Assembly: GCA_963707985.1 (NCBI GenBank)
Contig: CAVPRW010000045.1
Coordinates: 160,001 to 224,000, forward strand
Direction: 5' to 3'
DNA length: 64,000 nucleotides
Source of the DNA: an uncultured Nitrospinota bacterium
GTDB taxonomy: Bacteria > Tectomicrobia > Entotheonellia > J063 > CAVPRW01
Notes under the pieces: model-generated
Told to the model about the DNA's origin: nothing
The model's database searches: none
The model's input: only the letters and a program-made list of their open reading frames with translations
Shown: one piece after another, positions 40,403 through 50,254 of the stretch
Layout: each line of letters opens with the position of its first letter
Numbering within the stretch: position 1 is the stretch's first letter
Position numbers and translations under genes: made by a program

Positions 40403-42175
40403 GTGATCATTAATCAACTCAAACTATTAGCTGGAGGAGAGGCGGGAGATGGTGTATTTGCCGTCTCCGATATGCTGGCCTTGATGTTCGCCAGAGCCGG
40501 GCTTGAGATTCTCACTACCCAAACATATTCCTCCCGTATTCGAGGCGGACATATTAACGCCTCGGTGCGTGTTGCTGAAGGGGAGCTCTTCTCACAAGGG
40601 GATGAGCTCGATCTCTTGATTGCACTCGACCTTGAGACCGTCGAACTGCACCGCAAGACCGTTCGGGACGGCGGCATCATTCTGTATGATAACTCGCAGG
40701 GGGCCATCGACATTAGCGACCTTGAGCAGCGTCAGGTGGCCGTCTTCCCCATTCCAGCCCGGAAGATTGCCCGTGAGAAGCTGAATGCCCCCATCATGAA
40801 AAATATCGTGATGACGGGGGCCGCCTTGACAGCTGTCAACTTTGACCCTGAGTTTGAGTTTTTGGGGGGCCTCATCCGTGAGCGCTTTTTGAGCAAAGGT
40901 GAGAAAATCGTCGCCAAGAACATGGAGGCGGCCGCGGCTGGTCGAGAACTTGTCTTGCAGGCCAACAAATCCGTTGCCTACAAAATGGAAAAGCGCGAGC
41001 GGGCGCGTAAAATGTTGCTTCAGGGCAGCGATGCGGTGTCCTTTGGGGCGCTGGTGGCCGGTTGTCGCTTCATGGCGTCCTATCCTATTACCCCTGCCTC
41101 TGACGTTATGGAGTATCTCGTCACCAAGTTTCCGAAATACAACGGTGTTATGGTTCAAGCTGAAGACGAGCTGTCGGCCATTAACATGTCAATCGGCGCC
41201 GCCTTCAGTGGTGCGCGGGCATTGGCAGCAAGCTCGGGACCGGGCATCGCATTGATGATCGAAGCCTTAGGCCTTGCCGCCGTGACCGAGACGCCTTTGG
41301 TCATTGTCGACGTACAACGGTGTGGACCTAGTACGGGCATGCCAACGCGCATGGAACAGGCTGACCTCAATCTCCTCATCTATGGAGCGCACGGCGAAAT
41401 ACCACGAATCGTTATCGCCCCATCGGACATCGAGGAGTGCTTCTACCAAACCACCCGTGCGTTTAACTTGGCTGATAAGTATCAATGTCCAGTCATTATC
41501 GCCACCGATCAGTATTTATCGCAATCTCAACGTACCACGTGGCCTTTTGATCTCTCGAAAGTTGTCATCGATCGGGGATGGCTGCTCACGGACGATGAGC
41601 TGAACGAGCTCAGTAGCCCTTTCAGACGCTATCTGATCACTGAACGAGGCATCTCTCCACGTACCCTTCCGTCCCAGGAGAAGGGGATTTATAAGACCAC
41701 TGGCGTGGAGCACGTCGAGAGTGGCAATGCCACTGAGAACCCGGATGCCCGTGTGCGCATGATGCAGAAACGCTTTCTGAAGCTGGATACTTTCAGCCGT
41801 GAGGATATGCAACCGCCGAAGATATACGGTAACCCAGACAGCGATCTGACGATTGTTGGATGGGGATCCACAAAGGGGGTTATCCTCGAAGTGATGGACC
41901 GCTTCAGGCAAGAGGAGGGGGTTGATCTCAAACTTATGCAACTCGTCGATATCTGGCCTTTCCCGGATCAGGCGGTCTCCGACATCTTGCGCACGGCTCG
42001 ACAGGTGGCAGTAGTGGAGAATAACTTCACCGGTCAGATGGCTAACTTGATTCGTCAACAGACGGGTATTGAATGCTCTAAAGTTGTAAAGTACAATGGC
42101 GCACCATTCTCACCGAAGGAGCTGTACCAACGCCTCAAAGAACTCATCATGGTCTCTGAGAAGATATCGGCATAA
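40403..42175 (+). CDS. korA: 2-oxoacid:ferredoxin oxidoreductase alpha subunit (gamma-alpha fusion)
   Basis: GGEAGDGV, YSSRIRGG, YPITPAS, QAEDE, SSGPG, QRCGPSTGMPT, WGST, VENNFTGQ. Confidence 0.9.
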   Translation: MIINQLKLLAGGEAGDGVFAVSDMLALMFARAGLEILTTQTYSSRIRGGHINASVRVAEGELFSQGDELDLLIALDLETVELHRKTVRDGGIILYDNSQGAIDISDLEQRQVAVFPIPARKIAREKLNAPIMKNIVMTGAALTAVNFDPEFEFLGGLIRERFLSKGEKIVAKNMEAAAAGRELVLQANKSVAYKMEKRERARKMLLQGSDAVSFGALVAGCRFMASYPITPASDVMEYLVTKFPKYNGVMVQAEDELSAINMSIGAAFSGARALAASSGPGIALMIEALGLAAVTETPLVIVDVQRCGPSTGMPTRMEQADLNLLIYGAHGEIPRIVIAPSDIEECFYQTTRAFNLADKYQCPVIIATDQYLSQSQRTTWPFDLSKVVIDRGWLLTDDELNELSSPFRRYLITERGISPRTLPSQEKGIYKTTGVEHVESGNATENPDARVRMMQKRFLKLDTFSREDMQPPKIYGNPDSDLTIVGWGSTKGVILEVMDRFRQEEGVDLKLMQLVDIWPFPDQAVSDILRTARQVAVVENNFTGQMANLIRQQTGIECSKVVKYNGAPFSPKELYQRLKELIMVSEKISA

Positions 42176-42746
42176 TCCATTCGCCATGCCCCCGCGTTGC
42201 AGGGATCCTCGGAAGTTCCGGACCTGGCTGCGCGGGGACCACCATCGTATATCCACGTCTTTCGCCCGAATGTACCGTCGCTACCCCGCCAGCAGCACTA
42301 GACCTCTGCAATGCATCTGCATAGCTGACCCGGGTCTCAAGCTGTAAGATCATATCGCGCCCAAATCCTCACCTCGGAGGCCGAAATGATCCTTGCCACG
42401 TGCCGGTGGGATGCGAAGGGAGGGTGGGTAATCGCTGTTGCGCGAGATACTGGTACAGCCGATTCATCGATGCGCAACCCGTACATCAGCCATTGGCTGG
42501 AGGCCAAGGTGACATGCGAACCCCTGGCACGACGTTCTGCACACTTCCATCACTGTGGAGGTATGCTGGCGGCCGTGAAGGCGTGGCGACCTCCACCGAT
42601 AATCCCCGGGCTGCGTGAGGTAGCGGCGATAGCTACAGAAATTGGGAAATTCCAGAAATACGAAATAAAAATACTTGTGGGGGGCACGACATCCTGTACG
42701 TCGAAAGATATGGCTTGAAGAGTCCTTCAGCCACGAGACGGGACGC

Positions 42747-43301
42747 TCATTCCCCTAAGGTAGTCTTCACCGTGGTTAAGAGCTGCGAGGCAGAGAAAGG
42801 CTTTTCTAGGAAACGTTGAACACCCAGATTTACCGCTTCGATGGCGCTCTCTTTGGAGGCATACCCGGTGACGATGATGCATTTTACCTCGCGCCCATAG
42901 AGTTCATGTGCTTTTGAAATCAGCGCGAGTCCTCCTATTTTCGGAAGGTTGAGATCAACGATGAGGAGGTCGTAGCAAATCTCGTGGAGCATCGCCAATG
43001 CTTCTTCACCATTACGGGCGATCTGAACGTTGTATCCAGCTTCTTGGAGAATGTCTGTAAGTACAGCCACGGTTCCTGGGTTATCGTCAACGACAAGGAT
43101 GTGCTTACCCGAAGATTGCGGCAGCTCTTCCAGTTGGGCATCACCCCGTAACCAGGCCTCGATGTCACCACGGCGAAACCGCCACCGCCCCCCCACCTTC
43201 ACTTTCGGTATTTGCCCCTGTTTGATATAGCGGTAGACGGTGCGTAGATCAACCTTGAGATAATCAGCCACTTCGTGACTCGTCATAAGATCTTCGGCCA
43301 T
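42747..43301 (-). CDS. Response regulator with N-terminal excisionase-like/BldC-like HTH
   Basis: LMTSHEVADYLKV..RTVYRY...G.IP..KVGGRWRF plus receiver domain ILVVDD, VDLNLP, TGY, KPF. Confidence 0.88.
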   Translation of the reverse strand: MAEDLMTSHEVADYLKVDLRTVYRYIKQGQIPKVKVGGRWRFRRGDIEAWLRGDAQLEELPQSSGKHILVVDDNPGTVAVLTDILQEAGYNVQIARNGEEALAMLHEICYDLLIVDLNLPKIGGLALISKAHELYGREVKCIIVTGYASKESAIEAVNLGVQRFLEKPFSASQLLTTVKTTLGE

Positions 43302-43372
43302 CTGCTTTCCCCTGCGTAAGTGACATCCATTCTATCTAGATGACCGGATATGACATACTATCCTAGATAAAC

Positions 43373-43401
43373 AGCATATCGAAATACCTCAAGTGTGTCA
43401 A
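43373..43401 (-). promoter_or_regulatory. Sigma-70 promoter
   Basis: Minus strand TTGACA-N17-TATGCT. Confidence 0.6.
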
Positions 43402-43584
43402 GAAAATTCCAGACCTAAGACGTCGTGAACACTGGAAGTGGGTAAGGGTACGTGCGCCGGATTTCTTGTAGGAAGCTGGTCTGGAGCCCCATACCGTACT
43501 ATCGTTTCATGCCCGAGAATCTCCAGTCACTCGCCACCGAGACCCAACGAGCTCGACCGACCATTCTTAAGTCCTGGGATATTT

Positions 43585-45381
43585 TTAGAATCGTTTGCCA
43601 GGGCTATTTTCGGCGAATGTGATCCATTGGTTCGCCGCGGCTTCCTCCCACGCCTGATTGACCGCATCAATATTTTGCAAGCCGTTAATCTCCACTCGAT
43701 AGAGCGTGAGGTCATCGCTGAGCCGTCGCCGGGAGACCGCAACATCATATCCTTTTAGACGCGCGATTTGCGCTAACTGTGCGGACTGTTGCGGGTTCCG
43801 AAGCGATGCTAAAATCAGACTATAGGACCCATCCGGCTGTTGATGCACCAAAGTTTCTCGCGATAAAGGAGGGAGCCAAAGTCTCTGCCCGGCGATTATG
43901 CGGTTCAGGTTCTCGATATGAGTATTGTACTCCTTAATGAGGTCAAGGCCGAGATTTCTCTGGATACCATAGACATTGGTGGCGATTTCAACGACAGTCG
44001 AGCCAGATTGAACCGTTATGGGTTTCTCTCGCCAACCCGTCATCTCGGGGATTATGGGGACTGACGACGTCTGACCATTGCCCGGGCCTCCCATGCTGGG
44101 AGTATTGCTGTCACTGGTTCCTTTCTTTTGTCCGGAGGCCAAATGGCCATCCTGGTTCGGTATAGGCAGCTCTATGGTGTGGAGAGCGGCAGTTGACGCT
44201 GGGCCATCCTCTCTGATGAACCCTGCCGTTTGGCCATGACCGATTGCCGGCAGATGACTTTCAAGACGGGACTTGGTGGAGCCGGGATCTCCAATCCACC
44301 CACTCAGCCTACTGGGTAGTGTCAAGGATGAGGTGCTGAGTTTGTCTTCGACGTCTCGAAGAAAGCCCACATTGAGCCACAAGGCAGAAAATCCTATTCC
44401 CCCGACTCCAAAGAGGAGCACAGCCACCACCAGCCGCCAACCCCACCTGGTCCTACCAGAAACCGCTCCATGGTATAATGCCGGAGCCGAGCGTGTATTG
44501 CCAGAGCCCTGTCGAGTCCCTAACGCATCAGATGGCTGCGCAACTCCCTCAGTAACAAAAGGATTTCCTCTATGACCTTCCAACCGGAGGTCCTCAGCTA
44601 CTTCTCGAACGATGTCCGTCGTGATCCGCTTTTGCGACGTGGCATAGGCCACTAAGAGAGCATTGTCACAGAGAATATTGATGAGCCGAGGAAACCCTTT
44701 GCTATAGTAGGCGATTTCTTGGATGGCATCGGGCACAAAAAGTTGCTGGCGTTTATAGCCCACGGCGCTGAGCCGGTAGTGAATAAAGGGGCCTACCTCC
44801 TCATCGTCAAGTCGTTCAAGCCGACATTGAATTGCAATTCGTTGTTTTAACTGTCGTAATTCATATCGATCAAGCTTGGTTTCGAGTTCGGGTTGTCCCA
44901 CAATAACAATCTGCAGCAGCTTCTCAGTCGACGTTTCGAGGTTCGAGAGTAGCCGCAGACTCTCCAATACCTCCTCTCCAAGATTCTGTGCTTCATCGAT
45001 TAATAGGACAACCGTTTCCCCTGCCGCTAACTGGTCCAGAAGAAATCGATGCAGCCTCTGAATCTTGTAAATCCGCCCCGTTTCCTTAGTCGGTAGTCCC
45101 AATTCTTGACAAAAAAAATCTAAAATCTCTTCAAATGTCAGAGTAGTATTATCGAAAAAGACGAAGTGGATGTGCGGCTCCATATTCTCCATGAGCCGAC
45201 GCAGAAGGGTCGTTTTGCCGGTGCCTATCTCACCCGTCAGGACGATGAAGCCCCTACGTTCGTGAATCCCATACAGGAGGCTGGCATAAGCCTTCTGATA
45301 ACGGGGGTTCGTGTAGAAAAAACGCGGATCAGGCGTTATGCTAAAGGGTTTTTCCCGAAAACCAAAGTAGTCGGTGTACAT
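43585..45381 (-). CDS. ExeA/GspA-like AAA ATPase with TM helix and C-terminal LysM/SPOR-like region
   Basis: MYTDYFGFREKPFSITPDP, GEIGTGKT, LIDEAQNL, VGQPEL, LKQRI, GFPRLINILCD; NLNRIIAGQRLWLP. Confidence 0.85.
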   Translation of the reverse strand: MYTDYFGFREKPFSITPDPRFFYTNPRYQKAYASLLYGIHERRGFIVLTGEIGTGKTTLLRRLMENMEPHIHFVFFDNTTLTFEEILDFFCQELGLPTKETGRIYKIQRLHRFLLDQLAAGETVVLLIDEAQNLGEEVLESLRLLSNLETSTEKLLQIVIVGQPELETKLDRYELRQLKQRIAIQCRLERLDDEEVGPFIHYRLSAVGYKRQQLFVPDAIQEIAYYSKGFPRLINILCDNALLVAYATSQKRITTDIVREVAEDLRLEGHRGNPFVTEGVAQPSDALGTRQGSGNTRSAPALYHGAVSGRTRWGWRLVVAVLLFGVGGIGFSALWLNVGFLRDVEDKLSTSSLTLPSRLSGWIGDPGSTKSRLESHLPAIGHGQTAGFIREDGPASTAALHTIELPIPNQDGHLASGQKKGTSDSNTPSMGGPGNGQTSSVPIIPEMTGWREKPITVQSGSTVVEIATNVYGIQRNLGLDLIKEYNTHIENLNRIIAGQRLWLPPLSRETLVHQQPDGSYSLILASLRNPQQSAQLAQIARLKGYDVAVSRRRLSDDLTLYRVEINGLQNIDAVNQAWEEAAANQWITFAENSPGKRF

Positions 45382-46016
45382 GGCTGTGTGCAAATCCTAT
45401 GGACTTGGAATGGCAGAAAGCGTGGAGGCGAGCTTGACAGCGAGGCCGGACTGTGTCTATAGCCCCATATGTGAGCATTTGCAATCACCGTTCGCTGCAC
45501 CAAGATCACAGCGGGGGGGCGCTAGGCCAATCTGTTCCTTCGCATCATCCAGGACCGCCTCTTCAAGATCGATTGCACGGTGACAAGATTATTATTCTCT
45601 GGCTTGGGCGCGCGTGACAATGACGCTATCGAGTCGTCGCAACCTTCCGGAATGTTCCGGCTGCGAGGACTGGCTGCAAGAGAGGATACCTGCCATGTCA
45701 TGGCATCGCACCCAACCTGCCGCCCTCTCCTCCGAGATGGATGCTCCCTTCGACTAGGCAACGGACCTCAACTCTCCGCTCGAAGTTACGCGCAGGGTGA
45801 AAGAGCCACTGGACCAGAACCTTTGAGGGATTGCAGGCGTCATCCCTGCACCTAGGCCCCTCCAATGAGCCGAAGGCTGATTGGGCCGTCAGGTCGGTGA
45901 TTTCTTCCTGGTACATCCCGGGGTGAACAGTGTCACGAATTTGTTAGGGCTCTCCCAACTGGACTCTAGTTCCCGCACTTGCCATCTTCGCCTAGCGAGG
46001 TGAAGGCTCCTCCTGT

Positions 46017-46547
46017 TCATGCTGCCGTGACCCCACTCCCATCGATCTCCACAGCGACGCTTCGGTGCAGTAGATCAACGGACAGAATGAGTAATCCTTT
46101 TGACGGTTTGCTCTGTACCAAAATCCCTTCGACCCCTCTGAGTGGCCCTTCCGTAATACGGACGCGTTGGCCTTCCCGAAGGTATGGATGGGGCATGACC
46201 GGTAGGGAAGCAGCTACAACAGTATGAATTGCCTCAATCTCGGCATCTGGTACGATGCTGAGTCTATCCCAACGTTCACCGAGAATTCGCACGAGGCCTC
46301 GTGCTTTGCGTACATCAATGTAGCTAGTTTTGTCCATGACATGCCGCAAGAACAGGTAACCCGGGAACATGGGGACAGCGATCAGGTGCCGTTTCCCCGC
46401 CCGCTGCGACCACACCTCGATCCTGGGTAGGAAGAGGTGAAAGCTTTTTGCTGTCAATTGGTCGTATACCAACTGCTCACAATGGCTCCGGGTGTAGAGC
46501 GCATACCAAAGAGGTATCGATGGATCCTCAGGGATTTCTTTGCACAT
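46017..46547 (-). CDS. Specialised NusG paralogue (UpxY/RfaH-like antiterminator), copy 1
   Basis: WYALYTRSHCE, PMFPGYLF, KOW GQRVRITEGPLRGVEG, LILSVDLLHRSVAVE. Confidence 0.88.
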   Translation of the reverse strand: MCKEIPEDPSIPLWYALYTRSHCEQLVYDQLTAKSFHLFLPRIEVWSQRAGKRHLIAVPMFPGYLFLRHVMDKTSYIDVRKARGLVRILGERWDRLSIVPDAEIEAIHTVVAASLPVMPHPYLREGQRVRITEGPLRGVEGILVQSKPSKGLLILSVDLLHRSVAVEIDGSGVTAA

Positions 46548-46730
46548 AGCTCTGGTCGCCCACCACTTCTGCTTTGCTCTGCACAGTCGCGGGCACAGCT
46601 CCGCGCCCCTCAGAAGCTTGCCCTTTACTGCTTAAAAATATTGAATGAAGATCGAATATCGCCCATCTCAACCGCTCCATCTCGGAACATTGAGCCACAA
46701 ACTTGTCGTTTGTGACAGGCTAGAAGCTTG

Positions 46731-47279
46731 TTATTTCTCTACCGTCGAGTCAAGTGGAAAGAGGCTCCGCCGAAGTTCCTGGCTCTCGGTACACGGCAGC
46801 AATTGGGCCCGATCGACTTCCACCGCTACGCTTGTCTGCAGTGTATGGATCGGAACAAGCAAAGAGGTTTTGGGCTCGTTGCGGATGACTCCGGCAATGC
46901 CCCGCAGGCGGCCCCGTACAACCTCCATCAGCGGCCCCTGGAGCTGGTATCCCGTCCGTTCAAGCGTAATATCAGCGTGGCATAGTTTCCCCAGCAAGCG
47001 TATCTCATCTTCAGGGACAACACGTACCTGTCCCTGGGTATCCTCTAGGAGCCGCATCACTCCAGGAATGCTGATAAGTTCCAGATGCGCAGAGAGCTCA
47101 AGATAACAACGGACAAAGACATGACGCGGGAAAAGCGGGATTGCCACCTTTCGTAGGCTCCGCTTTGACTTGCGACACCCCATCGTCAAAGGTAAATAGG
47201 CTTGAAAGCCCTTGTTGACTATGCGTTCGTGCACTGCCCGCTCGTGATGGTGTCGAGTATAGAGTATATACCACTTCAT
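46731..47279 (-). CDS. Specialised NusG paralogue (UpxY-like), copy 2, more divergent
   Basis: WYILYTRHHHE, PLFPRHVFV, IPGVMRLL, EVVRGRLRGIAG, TSVAVEVD. Confidence 0.82.
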   Translation of the reverse strand: MKWYILYTRHHHERAVHERIVNKGFQAYLPLTMGCRKSKRSLRKVAIPLFPRHVFVRCYLELSAHLELISIPGVMRLLEDTQGQVRVVPEDEIRLLGKLCHADITLERTGYQLQGPLMEVVRGRLRGIAGVIRNEPKTSLLVPIHTLQTSVAVEVDRAQLLPCTESQELRRSLFPLDSTVEK

Positions 47280-47335
47280 AAGACCTCTACATGGGGTGCG
47301 TGATCAGGGACATCCCACTTCTGGACCGGCTGATA

Positions 47336-47713
47336 TCATTCCGTATGCGCTTGCGTGAGGCAACACCGGACGAACATGTCTAGATTGCGGTTAAAGCGGG
47401 ACGAGTCCTCAAGAAATGGGGAATGCCCCCCCTCATCCCATATTTTTAACTCGACCTCGGAAAACCCATCCGCCACTGCTGGCGCTAGGTAGGGTGGCGT
47501 CAACAAATCACCCAACCCCGCAATCAGCAGGCTTGGTGCATGGGTAGTCCATCGATACCTCCGATGAATATCCGACGCTGATGTTGTCACAACCGGTGGT
47601 CCGTTGCGACTTGAGGAATGAAGACGAGCAGTATCCCCTCGCCTGCTATCTGGTAGGCCATCGTGCACCCGTTCATCGGCAGACTCGCCATCCGCTCCCC
47701 CTTTACCGGCCAT
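47336..47713 (-). pseudogene. Alpha/beta hydrolase C-terminal fragment
   Basis: PSLLIAGLGDLLTP...GGHSPFLED..RFN; nucleophile-bearing N-terminal half not found. Confidence 0.55.
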
Positions 47714-47734
47714 ACTGCGCTGCTTCTGCAAATA

Positions 47735-47750
47735 AGCAAGATGGATGCCA
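47735..47750 (-). promoter_or_regulatory. Sigma-54 promoter directed toward the tandem NusG paralogues
   Basis: Minus strand TGGCAT-CCATC-TTGCT, exact consensus spacing. Confidence 0.75.
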
Positions 47751-47838
47751 TCGAGGCAAGTGACCGATGGTCTCGTGGTCAAAGAGCTGCCAAGTCGGGG
47801 GAAGATCAACACAATGAACGGACGATAGTATACCGAAC

Positions 47839-47876
47839 ATATCACGACTGTCTCATTTATGAGACAGTCGTGATAT
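47839..47876. promoter_or_regulatory. Perfect 18-bp-arm inverted repeat containing a TGTC-N10-GACA enhancer (GlrR-type UAS)
   Basis: ATATCACGACTGTCTCAT-TT-ATGAGACAGTCGTGATAT; TGTC 47849-47852 and GACA 47863-47866. Confidence 0.72.
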
Positions 47877-48231
47877 CATGCGCGATCAGACTTCAGAAAG
47901 CCCAGTTCTATTGCATATCTCCCATAGGGAAGCGTTTTTCTCAAAATTGAGATTCATGTCTTAAAAATGGTACGAGGTGCGCTTTCATAAGGTCGATGGC
48001 ACTGCGGTTGAGCCCTCGGAGGTCTTGATCACACACGCTTTGCAGTGGAGCACACCATCAGAGCAGGTCTCAGGGCGATATCGCCCGATGGCCATCTGGC
48101 AGTCGCGACCATACCATCAGAACCACTCTGAGCCGGCCGAGCCATCGGATCGTGGGGAAGGTGTGAGACACCTGGGAAGCCTCCCGCGCCACAAACCCAT
48201 TTTGTTGAGAAAAAGGTGCATCACATGGAGG

Positions 48232-48271
48232 TGTCGACAAATCCCTACACTGATGTAGGAATTTACAGACA
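48232..48271. promoter_or_regulatory. Tandem pair of UAS-like sites
   Basis: TGTC-N10-TACA (48232-48249) and TGTA-N10-GACA (48254-48271). Confidence 0.6.
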
Positions 48272-48347
48272 ACTTGGGCGACTGTGAAAGTATCCAAGCA
48301 TGACTGGAGGAGAGGTAGTGCCAGGCTGATCGAAGTGGTGGCGTGTG

Positions 48348-49724
48348 TTACTCAGGTATATCCTTGAAGGCTGTAGGCTCAAGGTTATATTTTCGCAGCA
48401 GTCGGTAAATCTCCGCGCGGTGCCGCCCGGAGATCTCCGCCGCCCGTGAGACGTTCCCCCGCGTCGCGGTAAGTAGCTGTACGAGATAAGCCCGCTCGAA
48501 GACCGCTCGCGCTTCCTTAAACAACAAGAGAGTTGACTTGAGGGGGCGAGATAGCTGTTTCCCAAGCAGAATGAGGTCAGGGGTAATAAGGTCCCCGGTC
48601 GCCAGCACAACCGCACGCTCTATCACATTGGCCAGCTCACGCACATTGCCTGGCCAATGATAGACCATCAGGAGTTGCATTGCTTCCGACGAAAATCCTT
48701 TAACTCCTTTGTGGACAGTGTGTTCAAAATGCTGCAAGAAATGATGCGCCAGTAGAGGAATATCTTCCTGACGCTCGCGGAGGGGAGGAAGGATAACCGG
48801 AATGACGTGAATCCGGTAGTAGAGATCCTCGCGAAATCTCCCAGTGCACACAGCTTCCCACAAATCCTGGTTGGTCGCGGCGATGAGGCGAAAATTTGCT
48901 CTCGTTGGCTGCCCTGCACCCAGGGGGTAGAATTCTTGTTCTTGGAGAACCCGCAGGAATTTGACTTGCAAGGCGTGGGGAAGTTCGGCGATTTCATCCA
49001 AGAATAAGGTCCCGCCATCCGCCTGTCGTAGGAGGCCGCGGTGCAGTTGATCAGCCCCCGTATAGGCACCTTTGACATGGCCGAAGAGCTCATTTTCGAG
49101 CAGGCCCTCGGGAATTGCCCCGCAATTAATGGCCACAAATGGCCCGCGTGCGCGGCGACTCATCGCATGCACAGATTTGCCAATCAGCTCCTTGCCCGTA
49201 CCACTTTCCCCGTACAGGCAGACGGTCGAATCTGTCACGGCGATTTGCGCTACCTGCCGTAAAACGTATTGCATCTTGGAGCTGGCGGCAATAATGTTGC
49301 CAGAATCGTAGCGTCCCTGCACCAGTGTGCGTAGCTGCTCGACCTCACTACGTAGCCGCCGGACTTCTACAGCCTTCTCGATGCGATGTAGTAGATCTTT
49401 GGGATCGAAGGGCTTCGTGAGATAATCGTAGGCGCCTTTTTTCGTCGCCTCCACCGCACTGGCGATAGAACCGTGTGCAGTCAAAATGAGCACTGGCAGT
49501 TGGGGATGTCGGTGCAGGAGTTTCTCCAGCAAGGCTATGCCGTTGATGCCGGGCAGTTTGAGATCGACGATAGCCACGTCACAGGGGTCGTCCTGCTGTC
49601 GGGATAAAGCCTGCTCCGCGCCTTCCGCCGTAATCGCCTCGTAGCCTGAAGCCTCAAGGCGCATCTTCATTAAGGTAAGGAGGCCCTGATCATCGTCCAC
49701 TACAAGAATTCGTTTTCCGGCCAT
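48348..49724 (-). CDS. glrR: Sigma-54-dependent response regulator, GlrR (QseF)-like
   Basis: Receiver; GESGTGKE; ENELFGHVKGAYTGA; FERAYLVQLL...GNVSRAA..SGRHRAEIYRLL (GlrR-type C-terminus); kinase-lipoprotein-regulator order. Confidence 0.78.
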   Translation of the reverse strand: MAGKRILVVDDDQGLLTLMKMRLEASGYEAITAEGAEQALSRQQDDPCDVAIVDLKLPGINGIALLEKLLHRHPQLPVLILTAHGSIASAVEATKKGAYDYLTKPFDPKDLLHRIEKAVEVRRLRSEVEQLRTLVQGRYDSGNIIAASSKMQYVLRQVAQIAVTDSTVCLYGESGTGKELIGKSVHAMSRRARGPFVAINCGAIPEGLLENELFGHVKGAYTGADQLHRGLLRQADGGTLFLDEIAELPHALQVKFLRVLQEQEFYPLGAGQPTRANFRLIAATNQDLWEAVCTGRFREDLYYRIHVIPVILPPLRERQEDIPLLAHHFLQHFEHTVHKGVKGFSSEAMQLLMVYHWPGNVRELANVIERAVVLATGDLITPDLILLGKQLSRPLKSTLLLFKEARAVFERAYLVQLLTATRGNVSRAAEISGRHRAEIYRLLRKYNLEPTAFKDIPE

Positions 49725-49732
49725 GGAGTCCC

Positions 49733-50254
49733 TCAGCGCAATAGCTCGCGCTCCTTTTTTTCGATTTCGATATCGATCTCCCGTGAACGATCGAGCTGTC
49801 CTCGTAGCTTTCGGATGGCGGCATCGCGAGAACGCAGCCCCGTGCGAAGTTGCCGCTGGGCTTCTTCGAGACCTAGCTGCTCGTTCATGAAGGCCAGCAG
49901 CACCTGTCCCTGCGAAGCCCATGGGCTTTGTGGAAACCTCTTCTGCAACTCACGGAAGTATTGCCGCGCTTTTTGCGGGTCGCGATAGGGGCTCTGCGGG
50001 TAGGCATAGATAAAACCAAGATTAAACAAGACGATATCGCATTCGACCCATCCTCCACATGTCGACAAATAGCGCTGATTCTCCGCGAGAAACCCCCTGT
50101 AATCACCGGTTTCAATCGCTTTTTGTGGCGGAAACACTCCATGGGCCTGGAACAGGGTGCTAGGCATCGAGGTACAACCGGTCAAGAGCAGACTGACCAG
50201 GACCAGAACATGCGAGGACTCGCGATGGAGCCGACTCATGATCGCTCTAGACAT
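49733..50254 (-). CDS. QseG/YfhG-like lipoprotein (TPR-like + coiled coil)
   Basis: Lipobox LLTGC; C-terminal LRGQLDRSREIDIE coiled coil; lies between kinase and regulator. Confidence 0.72.
   Translation of the reverse strand: MSRAIMSRLHRESSHVLVLVSLLLTGCTSMPSTLFQAHGVFPPQKAIETGDYRGFLAENQRYLSTCGGWVECDIVLFNLGFIYAYPQSPYRDPQKARQYFRELQKRFPQSPWASQGQVLLAFMNEQLGLEEAQRQLRTGLRSRDAAIRKLRGQLDRSREIDIEIEKKERELLR

Noticed and set aside
42176..42746. Short ORFs and a possible mobile-element scar between korA and the regulator
   Set aside because: No motif, terminal repeats or second copy visible in the window
43527..43748. 73-aa ORF ending in GGE, a possible Pup substrate for PafA
   Set aside because: Overlaps the exeA-like gene in another frame, is basic rather than acidic and helical, lacks the FVQKGG-type context, and lies 18 kb from pafA
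45713..45724. ops-like element GGCGGCAGGTTG on the minus strand upstream of exeA
   Set aside because: Mismatch at the key T of GGCGGTAGnnTG; expected by chance in GC-rich DNA
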